DNA of 64,000 bases, from the NCBI GenBank assembly GCA_027459525.1, contig DAIDIC010000093.1:8039-72038 (forward strand), written 5' to 3'. The notes beneath the pieces were generated by a model, which was not told the DNA's origin, did not search any database, and worked only from the letters and a program-made list of their open reading frames with translations. The position numbers were made by a program, and so were the translations under genes. Positions 46,914 to 57,381 of this stretch are shown here, piece by piece; position 1 is the first letter of the stretch, and each line of letters opens with the position of its first letter. This stretch comes from Ktedonobacteria bacterium (GTDB taxonomy: Bacteria; Chloroflexota; Ktedonobacteria; Ktedonobacterales; JACDGC01).

Positions 46914-47546
46914 CTATGGCGCTTCACCAGGCGCAAAATTCCACTGCTCAGCGGTTATAAACCATTGACTATTTTGTTTAGTTAATGTATACGTTAAAAG
47001 GATTGTGCCGCGAGGCGTAGCTGGAACCACTTTGCCTCCGCTTTGAACCTGCGCCACAGTATCCCATACAACTGCCGAAGCTTTTACTGTTGCCGAGCTG
47101 CCATTGACAGAAATAGATGAAAATGTCATACTGTCTATTCCGCCACCAAGGTAACGAGTGTTACCAATTTTATGTTGATGAATGAAATTCTGCAGTGTTT
47201 GGATTTTTTGCTGCAGCAACGTTCCTGTATAATATTTTTGATAGGTAGTGACGACCAGAGCATCCATTTGTGATTCTACTGCATCGGATATTGCTGCAGT
47301 ATCTGTGGTTTTCACTGCATTAGAGGAAATGGTTAATTGACTTTTCGTTGACGCGCTAACCGGAACTGCCAGTGTTTGATCCGCCAGCAGCGCTTGATAA
47401 CACACTTTTTGTATCGCTGATTGATCTGCGCTAGGATTCAAAGATACCGCTGTAAATACTACCAGTGCAAGCGCTGCAAGGGAAACAGCGAATATTTTAA
47501 TGGGGTTATGTGAAATCCATTGTCGCATCTTCGAAGGGAATTGCAT
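46914..47546 (-). CDS. Hypothetical membrane-anchored protein
   Basis: AAAGGA upstream of ATG 47546. An N-terminal TM anchor (IFAVSLAALALVVFTAV) is followed by a ~170-aa soluble domain. Confidence 0.5.
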   Translation of the reverse strand: MQFPSKMRQWISHNPIKIFAVSLAALALVVFTAVSLNPSADQSAIQKVCYQALLADQTLAVPVSASTKSQLTISSNAVKTTDTAAISDAVESQMDALVVTTYQKYYTGTLLQQKIQTLQNFIHQHKIGNTRYLGGGIDSMTFSSISVNGSSATVKASAVVWDTVAQVQSGGKVVPATPRGTILLTYTLTKQNSQWFITAEQWNFAPGEAP

Positions 47547-47733
47547 TCTTCATCCTTTCAATGTTCCATAAAAAAAGCGACTAAACAAATAGGATCCTAC
47601 TCAGTTAAGATTATACACTTAAAATTACAAATTGTCAATAACCTTACAAAAAAACAAAAATTGAGAATTATATATACTGATGTAAAGTGCATTTTGCGCA
47701 TCCTGTGAATTTTTCCACAAAAGCAACTAAATA

Positions 47734-47757
47734 GCCGCACGTTTTATTGCGTGCGGC
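47734..47757 (-). terminator. Candidate terminator hairpin downstream of wecB
   Basis: GCCGCACG pairs with CGTGCGGC (8 bp, 8-nt loop). The hairpin lies 24 nt after the wecB stop. The following tract on the minus strand is only moderately T-rich. Confidence 0.45.
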
Positions 47758-47780
47758 CAAATAACCGCTAAACTTATGCG

Positions 47781-48866
47781 CTATTTGTGAGAAAACCAGT
47801 CAGATTTGCTCCAAAAATTCAGCGACTTTACAATTTTTTCTGCGGCATGCCCATCACCAAAAGGATTTTTAGACATGTAGACCGGCTCGGATCGCGTCAA
47901 CGCTGCTGTGATGCGCGCAGTGTCATTTCCGGTTAATATATTCCAGCCGCCTTCCAACGTTTCCGGCCACTCGGTATCTTCACGCAATGTTACACAGGGA
48001 GTTTGCATTAAAAATGCTTCTTTCTGTACACCGCCCGAATCCGTCAAAATTCGGTGCGCGCTCTGCTCCAACGCTAACATATCTAAATACCCAATGGGAT
48101 CTATAATGGTAACATTTCTACTCCACACAACGCCATATTCTGCGGCAAATTTCCGGGCGCGAGGATGCGCCGGAAATAGAATTGGCATGCCACACTGCTC
48201 GAACGCGGCGGCAATACGCTTCAGCGCTGCAGGATCATCCGTATTTACCGGGCGGTGAATGGTAGCCAGCGCAAATTCACCAGAATTTACATGCAATGAT
48301 TGCAGCAGATCACGTGAACGCTCGGCCATTTTGTTGCGCGCCATCAAAATGGCGTCGTACATAACATCACCGCTCACTTCTACGCCGTTGATCAAACCTT
48401 CGGCAGCCGCCTGCTTCCGCGCCGTTTCAGTGGGGCAATACAGCCGGTATGATATATGATCGGTTAAAATACGGTTAATTTCTTCCGGCATCGATTTATT
48501 ATAGCTGCGCAAACCAGCTTCAACATGCGCCACCGGAATATGAATTTTTACCGCGGCAAGCGCGCCAGCCAAGGTAGAATTTGTGTCACCAAAAACTATT
48601 ACACCATCGGGCTTTATTGAAATGAGCATTTTTTCAATAGCTTCGGTCATCTTGCCGGTCATTTCTCCATGTGTACCGGCGCCCAGACCAAGATGAAAAT
48701 CTGGCTTGGGTATGCGCAGTTCTTGAAAAAACACATCCGACATATTTACATCATAGTGCTGACCGGTATGAATGATAATTTCCTGATGATACGCGCGCAG
48801 CGCAGCGCTTACGGGAGCAAGCTTGACAAATTGCGGGCGAGCGCCGACGATAGTGACGAAACGCAT
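47781..48866 (-). CDS. wecB: UDP-N-acetylglucosamine 2-epimerase (non-hydrolysing)
   Basis: The canonical N-terminus is MRFVTIVGARPQFVKLAPV. HTGQHYD, VFGDTNSTLAG, HVEAGLRS and TDSGGVQKEA are present. Confidence 0.92.
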   Translation of the reverse strand: MRFVTIVGARPQFVKLAPVSAALRAYHQEIIIHTGQHYDVNMSDVFFQELRIPKPDFHLGLGAGTHGEMTGKMTEAIEKMLISIKPDGVIVFGDTNSTLAGALAAVKIHIPVAHVEAGLRSYNKSMPEEINRILTDHISYRLYCPTETARKQAAAEGLINGVEVSGDVMYDAILMARNKMAERSRDLLQSLHVNSGEFALATIHRPVNTDDPAALKRIAAAFEQCGMPILFPAHPRARKFAAEYGVVWSRNVTIIDPIGYLDMLALEQSAHRILTDSGGVQKEAFLMQTPCVTLREDTEWPETLEGGWNILTGNDTARITAALTRSEPVYMSKNPFGDGHAAEKIVKSLNFWSKSDWFSHK

Positions 48867-50191
48867 TCTGTATATCCATCCCCTATTGTGATATATTTTA
48901 TGCCCAGTTCCGCAAATCGTTCCGGTCGATCCGAAGCTCTTCCATCCAGCACAACCTTGCAATTTACAAACTGCGAAAAATCAAAGTTGTTATATTCACT
49001 GTGCGCCGCCTGAATAACGATTGCGTCTATCGAACTTGCTTGGTTGGAATCAAACGGTGTGTATCCGCGCGCAAGCAATTCTTCATCAGTAAACAGCGGA
49101 TCCTGCGCAAATACTTCAGATCCTGCCTGCATAAACGCTTCACGCAACAATTTTGCGCTGGTAAACGCTGTTTCTTTTACATCGCCGCGATATGCAACAC
49201 CCAAAATCAATGTTTTTTTGCCGTGCAAATCACCAATTACACGCGAAACTCTTTGCGCAGAATATATCGACATATCATCATTCACCACACGTGAGCGACG
49301 AGGAAGGCTTAATCCCTCCGAATCACCATACATCAAAAAATATGGATATACGGGGATGCAATGCCCGCCGACACCGACACCAGGGATATGTATGTGCGAA
49401 TAGGGTTGTGTATTAGCGGCAGCAATGGAAGGCACGGCGCGTAAACCATGCGCATCGGCAAATTGCGCATATTCATTTGCCAGCGCTATATTTACATCGC
49501 GGTATGTTGTCTCAATTAATTTAACAAATTCTGCTTCATCCGCGCTTTCCATCACAATTAAATCGGCGTCTATCACTGAGCCATAAAATGCTTCGACGGC
49601 TGCTTTAGAGCGCTGGTTAATGCCACCAACTACTTTGGGATACTTATTCAGGTCGCGTTCAATATGTCCAGAAGAAACACGCTCGGGGCTATAGCCCAAA
49701 TAAAAATCAGTTTCAGCGCTTAAATGTGATTCTTCCTCTAAAATGGCGCGGAATCGCTTGGATGTTGTGCCAACCGGCAGTGTTGTTTCATACACAACCA
49801 AAGTATTTTTTTGCAGGCCTTTACCGATAAGGTGTGTGGCTGAATCAATTGATTCAAACGCAATTGAATGGTCTTCATGCACAATAACGGGAACGATAAC
49901 AACAACAACATTTGCTTTTTGCGCGGCGGAAACAAGATCGGTAGTAGCGCTGATTTTGCCCTGTGCGTGAATTTTAGCGATTCGCTCCGCTAAATCAGAT
50001 TCTTCATCTACATGGCAGCCACCGCGATTAATAATATCTACAACAGCCGAATTAATATCACAGCCGATAACAGTCCATCCATGTTCTGCGTAATGCGCTG
50101 CTAAAGGCAAGCCAATTTTGCCCAAACCGACAACAGCTACGGTCTTTTCGGGGAAAAATGTATCCATTGGTATAAAGAAAGCACCCTTCAT
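48809..50191 (-). CDS. Nucleotide-sugar dehydrogenase (UDP-glucose/GDP-mannose dehydrogenase family, WecC-like)
   Basis: NAD-binding VAVVGLGKIGLPLAAHYA. Catalytic-Cys context GVGVGGHCIPVYPYF. The WecC assignment is suggested by adjacency to wecB. Confidence 0.82.
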   Translation of the reverse strand: MKGAFFIPMDTFFPEKTVAVVGLGKIGLPLAAHYAEHGWTVIGCDINSAVVDIINRGGCHVDEESDLAERIAKIHAQGKISATTDLVSAAQKANVVVVIVPVIVHEDHSIAFESIDSATHLIGKGLQKNTLVVYETTLPVGTTSKRFRAILEEESHLSAETDFYLGYSPERVSSGHIERDLNKYPKVVGGINQRSKAAVEAFYGSVIDADLIVMESADEAEFVKLIETTYRDVNIALANEYAQFADAHGLRAVPSIAAANTQPYSHIHIPGVGVGGHCIPVYPYFLMYGDSEGLSLPRRSRVVNDDMSIYSAQRVSRVIGDLHGKKTLILGVAYRGDVKETAFTSAKLLREAFMQAGSEVFAQDPLFTDEELLARGYTPFDSNQASSIDAIVIQAAHSEYNNFDFSQFVNCKVVLDGRASDRPERFAELGIKYITIGDGYTECVSSLSSALARNLSSLLP

Positions 50192-50471
50192 ATTTTTCTT
50201 GGGTTATTCGCTTGCCTTGAAAGCGCATACACTGTGGCGTAACGCAAACGCATCAAAATGGTTATCTGTATGTGCGCTGGTTCATATTCGGCGAACACCT
50301 TATTTTCTATCTTTTTATATATTTCGGATCACAAATAGAAATATACACATGTATGATACGCTAAGAGCGCTGATATGTCTATAAATGTGAGATTATAGAC
50401 TCTAATCACCTACGCACGTAAAAATAAGTTTTAAAAAACTACCGGTAGTGATGACACATCACTCTGTACAC

Positions 50472-51611
50472 CTATTCAATTAATCCGCCGCACAAAACCT
50501 CACTCGAATCAGGTCCACCATATACCACTGCGGCCTGACCCGGGGTGATAGATCTGGCAGGCTGCAGCAAATGCACCGCGGCGCGGTTCTGCGGCAGAGG
50601 ATGAATAACCGCCGGCATTTCCGGCGCTTTGTAGCGAATTTTAACGAAGCCGGTAAACGTATCGGCAAAAACACTGCCCCGCGGAAAATTTACATCATGC
50701 ATCACAAAATCAGATTTTTCCAGCGCGCTGGCCGGCCCAACAATAATTGCGTTGCGATCCGCTTCAATTGCAAGAACATGCATTGGCTCCGCCGTAGTTA
50801 TCCCCAAACCTTTCCGCTGTCCAACTGTATAAAATGCAAGGCCGGTATGTTCACCCAAATATTTGCCATCGGTTGTGTAGATCGGTCCCGGTAATTGTCC
50901 GGGGATTGGCTCCGCGGCGGTTTCTTTTTCTTGCTCCGCGCGCAGCTGCGCATATCGTTTCACGAATCCGCGATAATCATTTTGCGCAACAAAACAAATT
51001 TCCTGGCTTTCAGGTTTGCGCGCAACCGCAAGCCCATATTTTTCTGCCAGCAAGCGAACCTCTGGCTTGGTAAGCTCACCCAACGGAAAGAGCGCATGCC
51101 GCAATTGTTCCTGTGTGAGCGTATGCAACACATACGATTGATCTTTTAAAGAATCTGCGCCTTTGCGTAAACGCCGTTCACCGGTTTGGGGATCGGTATC
51201 CACTCGCACATAGTGCCCTGTGGCAAGATATTCTGCGCCAAGCGACTGCGCGTGTCCCAACAGCGCAGTAAAACGGATATAGCGATTGCAGCGCAAACAA
51301 GGATTTGGTGTGCGGCCGGCGGTATATTCATCATAAAAAAAATCAACAATAGTTTCGCGGAATTTTTCCGCAACATTCAGCAAATAAAAGGGTATATCTA
51401 GTTTTTGCGCAACCCTTTTAGCGTCGTACACCGACTCTAAAGAACAGCACTTATTCTCTGAAACCCGCGCTACACCATCATCTTGCTCCGCCGCAGGCTC
51501 AGACCAAAGCCGGAGCATAATTCCAATTACATCATGCCCTTGCTCTTTCAGCAGCGCGGCAGCCACGGAGCTATCTACACCACCACTCATAGCAATAACT
51601 ACCCGAGACAC
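50472..51611 (-). CDS. mnmA: tRNA 2-thiouridine(34) synthase
   Basis: PP-loop VVIAMSGGVDSSVAAALL. Also TPNPCLRCNRYIRF and DQSYVL motifs. Confidence 0.95.
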   Translation of the reverse strand: MSRVVIAMSGGVDSSVAAALLKEQGHDVIGIMLRLWSEPAAEQDDGVARVSENKCCSLESVYDAKRVAQKLDIPFYLLNVAEKFRETIVDFFYDEYTAGRTPNPCLRCNRYIRFTALLGHAQSLGAEYLATGHYVRVDTDPQTGERRLRKGADSLKDQSYVLHTLTQEQLRHALFPLGELTKPEVRLLAEKYGLAVARKPESQEICFVAQNDYRGFVKRYAQLRAEQEKETAAEPIPGQLPGPIYTTDGKYLGEHTGLAFYTVGQRKGLGITTAEPMHVLAIEADRNAIIVGPASALEKSDFVMHDVNFPRGSVFADTFTGFVKIRYKAPEMPAVIHPLPQNRAAVHLLQPARSITPGQAAVVYGGPDSSEVLCGGLIE

Positions 51612-51618
51612 ATCAACC

Positions 51619-52245
51619 CTAACCTTCCTGAAACAGTTTGTTTATTAACTTAGCTCTATGTCCTTCAAACATTTCGCGATATTGATCGGTCCGTATATCC
51701 GCAGTCCACATAATATATGCGTCTTCATTATTATCGCTGTAATAATGCGGCCTTGTACTTACCGCAACAAACCCATATTTGCGATATAAATTTTGCGCAA
51801 CAAAATTAGAAACGCGCACTTCAAGAGTTAATCTAAATCCGCCGATTTTCAGCGATGTGTCGATTAAATGAATGAGCATTAACTCTCCCAAGCCTTTGCC
51901 TTGCCAATCGGGATGGGCAGCAATAGTGGTAATGTGAGATTCATCCACCATCAGCCACAGTCCCGCATACGCAACAATAGAATCGACTTTGGGATTGTAC
52001 GCCGCGTTTTTAGGCGCAAAGAATGAAAATAATTTTTGAGTTTTTTTGTCACCACCATTTTTAGCGGTTGTTAACTGATTTTCATATCGTATATCACGCA
52101 TCACAAAATAATACGCCCATTGATTTTCCTGAAGTTCACGCCGATATGCGCTTTGCGGCCATTGCGAGGTAGGATACGCCAGTTTTTCAATTTCAATAAC
52201 TCGGGGAATATCATTCATGGTCATTGATTCGATACTATAACGCAT
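51619..52245 (-). CDS. rimI: GNAT acetyltransferase, ribosomal-protein-alanine N-acetyltransferase-like
   Basis: GNAT motif A (HPDWQGKGLGELML). Positioned directly after tsaB, as in the usual tsaE-tsaB-rimI clusters. Confidence 0.75.
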   Translation of the reverse strand: MRYSIESMTMNDIPRVIEIEKLAYPTSQWPQSAYRRELQENQWAYYFVMRDIRYENQLTTAKNGGDKKTQKLFSFFAPKNAAYNPKVDSIVAYAGLWLMVDESHITTIAAHPDWQGKGLGELMLIHLIDTSLKIGGFRLTLEVRVSNFVAQNLYRKYGFVAVSTRPHYYSDNNEDAYIMWTADIRTDQYREMFEGHRAKLINKLFQEG

Positions 52246-52284
52246 TATGGCTTTTCCTCCCGCTATGGTTCAACAATCTTTCTG

Positions 52285-53055
52285 CTATGCCTGTTCAGGC
52301 AGTGGATGCTTTACACTTACGGTAATATTTGCCGGGCGCACATAAACCGGCTCTAATGTAAATGTTTCATCAGAATACTCCCCGGCAAGCGTTCGCGCGG
52401 CAAGAGCGGCGGCTCCGGCAGCGCGGTTTATCGGGGCGCAAAATTCCGCTTGAATTTGCTGTTCAGTCAGCGCACGGCGCAATATATCTTTCTGCAAATC
52501 TGCAATTTGTCCGTACACATATATAGCGTCATACGCTTTTGCTGCCGCGGCAATTATTTCCGGAGCATCTGTTGCAACGCCACTTCGGCCACTGGGGCCA
52601 AATCGTTGATATAACGGCGCGTATTGCGTGGCTGCGCTATTTAAACCGGCTTTGTCCCGTGCGTTTGTATATATATAATATAGTTCATTTCTGCCAGCGT
52701 CCATCACAGAAAGAACAGATGTTTCTCCAGATTTTTCCGAATCAAACCATGGAACCATTGCGTCCAGTGAAATGATTCCTAATAATGGAACACTCAACAG
52801 AAACGCCAAAGTTTTTGCCACAGTAACCCCAACCCGCAATCCATTGAAAGATCCTGGCCCGGCCACAACGCAAATAGCGGAAATATCATTCAGGGTACAT
52901 CCCGCTTGCTGTAAAAAATGCTCCATAGCGCCAAAAATCTGCACACTATGCTGCTGCCCTATTTCCCATTCATAAGCGGCGATACATTGATTCTGTCGCT
53001 CATCAAACAGCGCTAAACCGGCGGTGTTCGTTGCGGTGTCGATAGAAAACAGCAT
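52285..53055 (-). CDS. tsaB: tRNA t6A37 threonylcarbamoyl transfer protein TsaB
   Basis: The start LFSIDTATNTAGLALFD and the motif VVAGPGSFNGLRVGVTVAKTLA are typical of YeaZ/TsaB. Confidence 0.88.
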   Translation of the reverse strand: MLFSIDTATNTAGLALFDERQNQCIAAYEWEIGQQHSVQIFGAMEHFLQQAGCTLNDISAICVVAGPGSFNGLRVGVTVAKTLAFLLSVPLLGIISLDAMVPWFDSEKSGETSVLSVMDAGRNELYYIYTNARDKAGLNSAATQYAPLYQRFGPSGRSGVATDAPEIIAAAAKAYDAIYVYGQIADLQKDILRRALTEQQIQAEFCAPINRAAGAAALAARTLAGEYSDETFTLEPVYVRPANITVSVKHPLPEQA

Positions 53056-53547
53056 TTACCGAATTGCTCCTTTTAATTTTTGCGCGTATGCAGTGCTTTT
53101 GGGGCCGCTGGCGTGTAAACGCGCCATGCGTTCTTGAGGAAGTGTTTGCTCAATACGAATCCACAACCAATCATCTCCCCAAATATCCGGTGTTCGTTCT
53201 GCCCACTCAATAACACAAACACCCTGACCAGAAAAATAGTCATCAAATCCAAGCGACCAAACTTCAGCTTGATCGTCTACCCGATAAAAATCAAAATGAT
53301 ACAGCGGTATTCTGCCTGTGGTATGCTCTTTTAACAGTGTAAACGTGGGGCTGTTAATAACTCCGCTTGACTGCAGTCCTTTTGCTATTCCCTGTGTCAG
53401 TGTTGTTTTTCCGCTGCCGAGGGGTCCGGTAAGCAAGATAATCGAACCCGGTTCAAGCATTTTGCCAAGTTTTTCACCTAAATTGCGCATGCGCGCCGGT
53501 GACGCAATGCGCAGGCAGATGGTGTCTTCAGCTTCAGTCATAAACAA
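53056..53547 (-). CDS. tsaE: tRNA t6A37 biosynthesis ATPase TsaE
   Basis: LTGPLGSGKTTLTQGIAKGL, SPTFTL and HFDFYR motifs are typical of YjeE/TsaE. Confidence 0.9.
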   Translation of the reverse strand: MFMTEAEDTICLRIASPARMRNLGEKLGKMLEPGSIILLTGPLGSGKTTLTQGIAKGLQSSGVINSPTFTLLKEHTTGRIPLYHFDFYRVDDQAEVWSLGFDDYFSGQGVCVIEWAERTPDIWGDDWLWIRIEQTLPQERMARLHASGPKSTAYAQKLKGAIR

Positions 53548-53571
53548 TGCGCCGCCCTCATTGCGCGGTTT

Positions 53572-54273
53572 TTAAGAATGAATGCCCGCAATTGACTGAA
53601 TCATCGATTGGCAGATGAGCAATCCATCAACCCCACCAAGCTCAGGTTCACAACAGCGCTCTGGGTGCGGCATCAGAGCAATAACGCTGCCCGATTCATT
53701 GATAACACCGGCAATATTATTTTTGGATCCGTTGGGATTTGCTTCGGGGGTAACGGCGCCATTGGCGTCACAATAGCGAAACACTACACCGCCGCGATCT
53801 TCCAGCGCCTGTAAATCAGTGTCATCGCAGAAGTACAGACCTTCACCGTGCGAAATTGGAATCCGCAGAATTTGGCCTTTTCGGCATTGCGATGTAAAAG
53901 GAGTATCTGTGCGTTCAACACGGATATACGTCCACTCGCATAAAAATGAAGAGCAGGCATTGCGCAACAACGCGCCCGGCAGCAAGCCGGCTTCGGTTAA
54001 AATCTGAAAACCATTGCAGCTTCCTAAAACCAAACCGCCCTTTTCGGCAAACGCACGCACACTTTTCATAATTGGAGAAAAGCGAGCTATTGCGCCGGTG
54101 CGAAGATAGTCACCATGGGCAAACCCACCCGGCACAATAATAACATCACAATTTTGCAGATCGGTATCATCGTGCCATAAATAAACCACTTCCTGCCCAG
54201 AAACATAGCCTAACGCATGCCCCCAGTCGCGATCGCTCCAAGTTCCAGGAAACACCAAAACGCCGAATTTCAT
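53572..54273 (-). CDS. purQ: Phosphoribosylformylglycinamidine synthase, glutaminase subunit
   Basis: MKFGVLVFPG. GGFAHGDYLR. Catalytic Cys in LGSCNGFQIL. HGEG and MPHPER are present. Confidence 0.92.
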   Translation of the reverse strand: MKFGVLVFPGTWSDRDWGHALGYVSGQEVVYLWHDDTDLQNCDVIIVPGGFAHGDYLRTGAIARFSPIMKSVRAFAEKGGLVLGSCNGFQILTEAGLLPGALLRNACSSFLCEWTYIRVERTDTPFTSQCRKGQILRIPISHGEGLYFCDDTDLQALEDRGGVVFRYCDANGAVTPEANPNGSKNNIAGVINESGSVIALMPHPERCCEPELGGVDGLLICQSMIQSIAGIHS

Positions 54274-54365
54274 AAAACACAACCCTTACATTGCGCGTCA
54301 ATCTTATACTAATAAGTATAACCTCAGAGCAGGGTGGATCGCAAGGTGAACAATGCGCGCACCGG

Positions 54366-55196
54366 CTACAGCATTTGCACATCACCCCACGTAATGGAAA
54401 CCAGTTCATTGTTATCCGTCCGCACAAGCAAAGAGCCATCTTCGGCGGTATCTTCTGCCACACCGGCAATTACAGCGCGCCCAGTTTGCACGCTGACACG
54501 TTTTCCCAGTGTATGCAGTCGCGCTTTCCAATTTTGCAAAACTGTATCATACACCGACGCTGCCGCTTCAATGCGATCCCGATAGTCACCGATATATGCG
54601 GCGACAGCGCAAATAATATCCTCGCGGGAGAATGAAAATTGATACATTTCCTGAAGTGTCGCCGCCTTTTCGGCAATTTCGGGCCATTGCGCAAATGTTC
54701 CGAAAATATTCACGCCTATGCCAATAATCGCTTGCATTTCGGCAGTATTTTGCGCCCACGAAGACTCAATTAAAATTCCGGCAACTTTTTTATGCTGAAC
54801 CAAAATATCATTCGGCCATTTTATTGCAATATCTTCTGCGGGAACACCGGCGTTCATCAGCGCGCTGCATACTGCGCTGGCGCATATCATAACCAACGCC
54901 GCAGGATTTGCCGAGAATCGGCACGCTAAAGACATCAAAATCTGCGCGCGCGGCATAGTTATCCACGATTTCCCTTGTCTGCCCCGACCCTCCGGCTGCG
55001 CGTCAGTCAGCACGAGCAAACCATCGGCAAAATAATTGCGAGAAAGCTCTATGCATAACGAGTTAGTAGACGCAATCGCCGGTTCATACACGATGGTGTT
55101 TCCCATTCCGCAAAGAGGAAGCCGACTGCGCAGTTTCTCAATATCTAGCGCAGAAAGCGCATCTGCCGCGCCTAAAAAATTGTCTGAATATACCAT
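54366..55196 (-). CDS. birA: Biotin--[acetyl-CoA-carboxylase] ligase
   Basis: STN...GRGRQGKSWITMP is the biotin-binding GRGRxGRxW-type loop. KWPNDIL is present, and there is a C-terminal SH3-like tail. The start is uncertain; the ORF is open to 55289 via TTG. Confidence 0.85.
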   Translation of the reverse strand: MVYSDNFLGAADALSALDIEKLRSRLPLCGMGNTIVYEPAIASTNSLCIELSRNYFADGLLVLTDAQPEGRGRQGKSWITMPRAQILMSLACRFSANPAALVMICASAVCSALMNAGVPAEDIAIKWPNDILVQHKKVAGILIESSWAQNTAEMQAIIGIGVNIFGTFAQWPEIAEKAATLQEMYQFSFSREDIICAVAAYIGDYRDRIEAAASVYDTVLQNWKARLHTLGKRVSVQTGRAVIAGVAEDTAEDGSLLVRTDNNELVSITWGDVQML

Positions 55197-55339
55197 TGCC
55201 GCCGCCAATCTCAAATATGATGAAAAATTTGCTGCATATAGCGCTAGTATTCTATCACCGCAGCAACACGCCCTGAATATATAGCGCAAAGAGGGGGTAT
55301 TTTGATAATTTGCGCGCCACTCCCGTTTTCGGCCCCAAC

Positions 55340-55380
55340 TTGATATTACTATAACCGATGCGGTATGATGTATATCATAC
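55340..55380 (+). promoter_or_regulatory. Promoter candidate with an overlapping 7-bp-arm palindrome, upstream of the ABC exporter pair
   Basis: TTGATA at 55340-55345, an 18-nt spacer, then TATGAT at 55364-55369. GTATGAT-GTAT-ATCATAC lies at 55363-55380. Confidence 0.35.
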
Positions 55381-55578
55381 AGATTAATTATTTACATATA
55401 TTTGGGTCATTCACTGAAGCAAACAAATAATCAGTGATTTTAAGGCTGGCTAAAACATCTGCCGCCTGCGCGTGATCAATGGCGATCTCTGCGAATCCCC
55501 TTTTCAATGTACAGCCGGCGGCAAAAATCTCTTTGATTATACTGCGCGCCGGCGCAATTACTTACTATTGGTGTTTTC

Positions 55579-57381
55579 ATGTCTGGATTATATTATTTGC
55601 GGGCTTATCTGCGCCGGCATGCGCGGATAATTCTGCTGGGATTCGGCTTTATTGTCGTCTCTAACCTGCTGGGATTAGTGCTGCCATATATTATTGCGCT
55701 GGCTATCGATAACGTTTCCAATCATGGCCTTTCATCAGAAACATTCATATTTGCGCTCATATTAATGGGAACCGCGCTGGTAACGGGAGTCTTTCAGTTA
55801 GGCGCGCGATTCATCATCAGCGCAACATCACGAGATATCGAATTTGAAATTCGCAATGATTTATATAAGCACTTTGTAAAACTGGAACTAAGCTTTTTTC
55901 AGCAACGCAAGTTAGGTGATTTAGTTGCCCGCGCTACCAATGACATGTCTGCCGTCAGAATGTTATTGGGGCCGGGCATCAACAATCTATTAAACACATC
56001 CGTTGCCATTCTTGCGACATTTATTGTGATGGCGTCCATTAATCTGCGACTGATGCTGTATGTATTGGTCATTCTCCCGTTGATGAGTATTTTATTTGGC
56101 TCATTAAACAGCCGGCTGCATAAAAGTTACCGCAAAGTGCAAGATCAATTTGGCGAAGTTTCCGCCAAAGCGCAGGAAAATTTTTCAGGCATTCGGGTTG
56201 TTAAGGCCTATGCGCAGGAACATGAAGAACTGCAATCTTTTAACATCACCAACAGTGAATATGTCAAACGAAGCATTCAATTTCTGCGATTAGATACCTT
56301 GCTTTGGCCGGCAATGTATATGATATCGGGAATTGCGGCGGCTGTTTTGCTGTGGCAGGGTGGCGCCGATGTTATTCAAGGCAAAATCAGCCTGGGACAA
56401 CTTGTGCAGTTTAATACGTATGTTGCGCAATTAACATGGCCTATGATTTCTCTTGGCTGGGTAACTAACCTGTTTCAGCAGGGTTCTGCCTCTTTAGCGC
56501 GCATACGCGAAGTGATGGAATATCAGCCGGAAATTATCGACAGCGCATTAACCAATCCTGAAGCGCAAATTACTGCCGGAGCCATCTCCGTTCAGCATGT
56601 TTCCATGCGTTACGACGCTGGTGAGGTGTTACACGATATTTCTTTTGAGGTCCCTGCCGGGCATTCTTTAGCCATTGTCGGCGCTACCGGAGCAGGAAAA
56701 TCCACATTGGTAAATTTGCTTACCAGAACATTTGAGCCGACTGAAGGCGCTATCTATATTGACGGAAATGAAATAAGAACCATCCCGCTGGAAGAACTGC
56801 ACAAAGCGGTCGGCTATGTGCCGCAAGAATCATTTCTGTTTTCTATGACCTTGGCGGAAAACGTCGCCTATGGCAATCCCGATATGTCGCGGGAAGAAAT
56901 TGCAAACGCGCTGGATATTTCACAGCTCTCCAAAGATATCGCCGATTTTCCGCATGGGCTGGATACTATTATCGGTGAACGCGGCGTTACCCTTTCCGGC
57001 GGCCAAAAACAACGATCCGGCATTGCGCGCGCGGTTGCTAAAAATCCTATGATTCTTATTTTAGATGACTCGCTTTCCAGCGTAGACACCAATACCGAGG
57101 CAGAGATATTGCGGCGTATGCGCGTGTTTATGAAAAACCGGACAGCAATCATCATTGCGCATAGAATCTCTGCGGTAAAAGAGATGGATAACATCATCGT
57201 TTTGGCGGATGGTAAAATCGCCGAACAGGGAACCCATAATGAATTAATCAATCATAAAGGATTTTATCATTCATTATATCGGCGGCAGCTGTTAGGTGAA
57301 GAACTGTCGTTAGACGCAGGAGATTTGAACAGCGAGAATTTTGACACAAAATCGTACAGCAATTCAGCGACCAATGAGTAA
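55579..57381 (+). CDS. ABC exporter, fused permease/ATPase (type I, MdlA/YheI-like half transporter)
   Basis: Six-TMS domain followed by GATGAGKSTL, LSGGQKQRSGIARAV and ILILDDSLSSVD. Confidence 0.9.
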   Translation: MSGLYYLRAYLRRHARIILLGFGFIVVSNLLGLVLPYIIALAIDNVSNHGLSSETFIFALILMGTALVTGVFQLGARFIISATSRDIEFEIRNDLYKHFVKLELSFFQQRKLGDLVARATNDMSAVRMLLGPGINNLLNTSVAILATFIVMASINLRLMLYVLVILPLMSILFGSLNSRLHKSYRKVQDQFGEVSAKAQENFSGIRVVKAYAQEHEELQSFNITNSEYVKRSIQFLRLDTLLWPAMYMISGIAAAVLLWQGGADVIQGKISLGQLVQFNTYVAQLTWPMISLGWVTNLFQQGSASLARIREVMEYQPEIIDSALTNPEAQITAGAISVQHVSMRYDAGEVLHDISFEVPAGHSLAIVGATGAGKSTLVNLLTRTFEPTEGAIYIDGNEIRTIPLEELHKAVGYVPQESFLFSMTLAENVAYGNPDMSREEIANALDISQLSKDIADFPHGLDTIIGERGVTLSGGQKQRSGIARAVAKNPMILILDDSLSSVDTNTEAEILRRMRVFMKNRTAIIIAHRISAVKEMDNIIVLADGKIAEQGTHNELINHKGFYHSLYRRQLLGEELSLDAGDLNSENFDTKSYSNSATNE

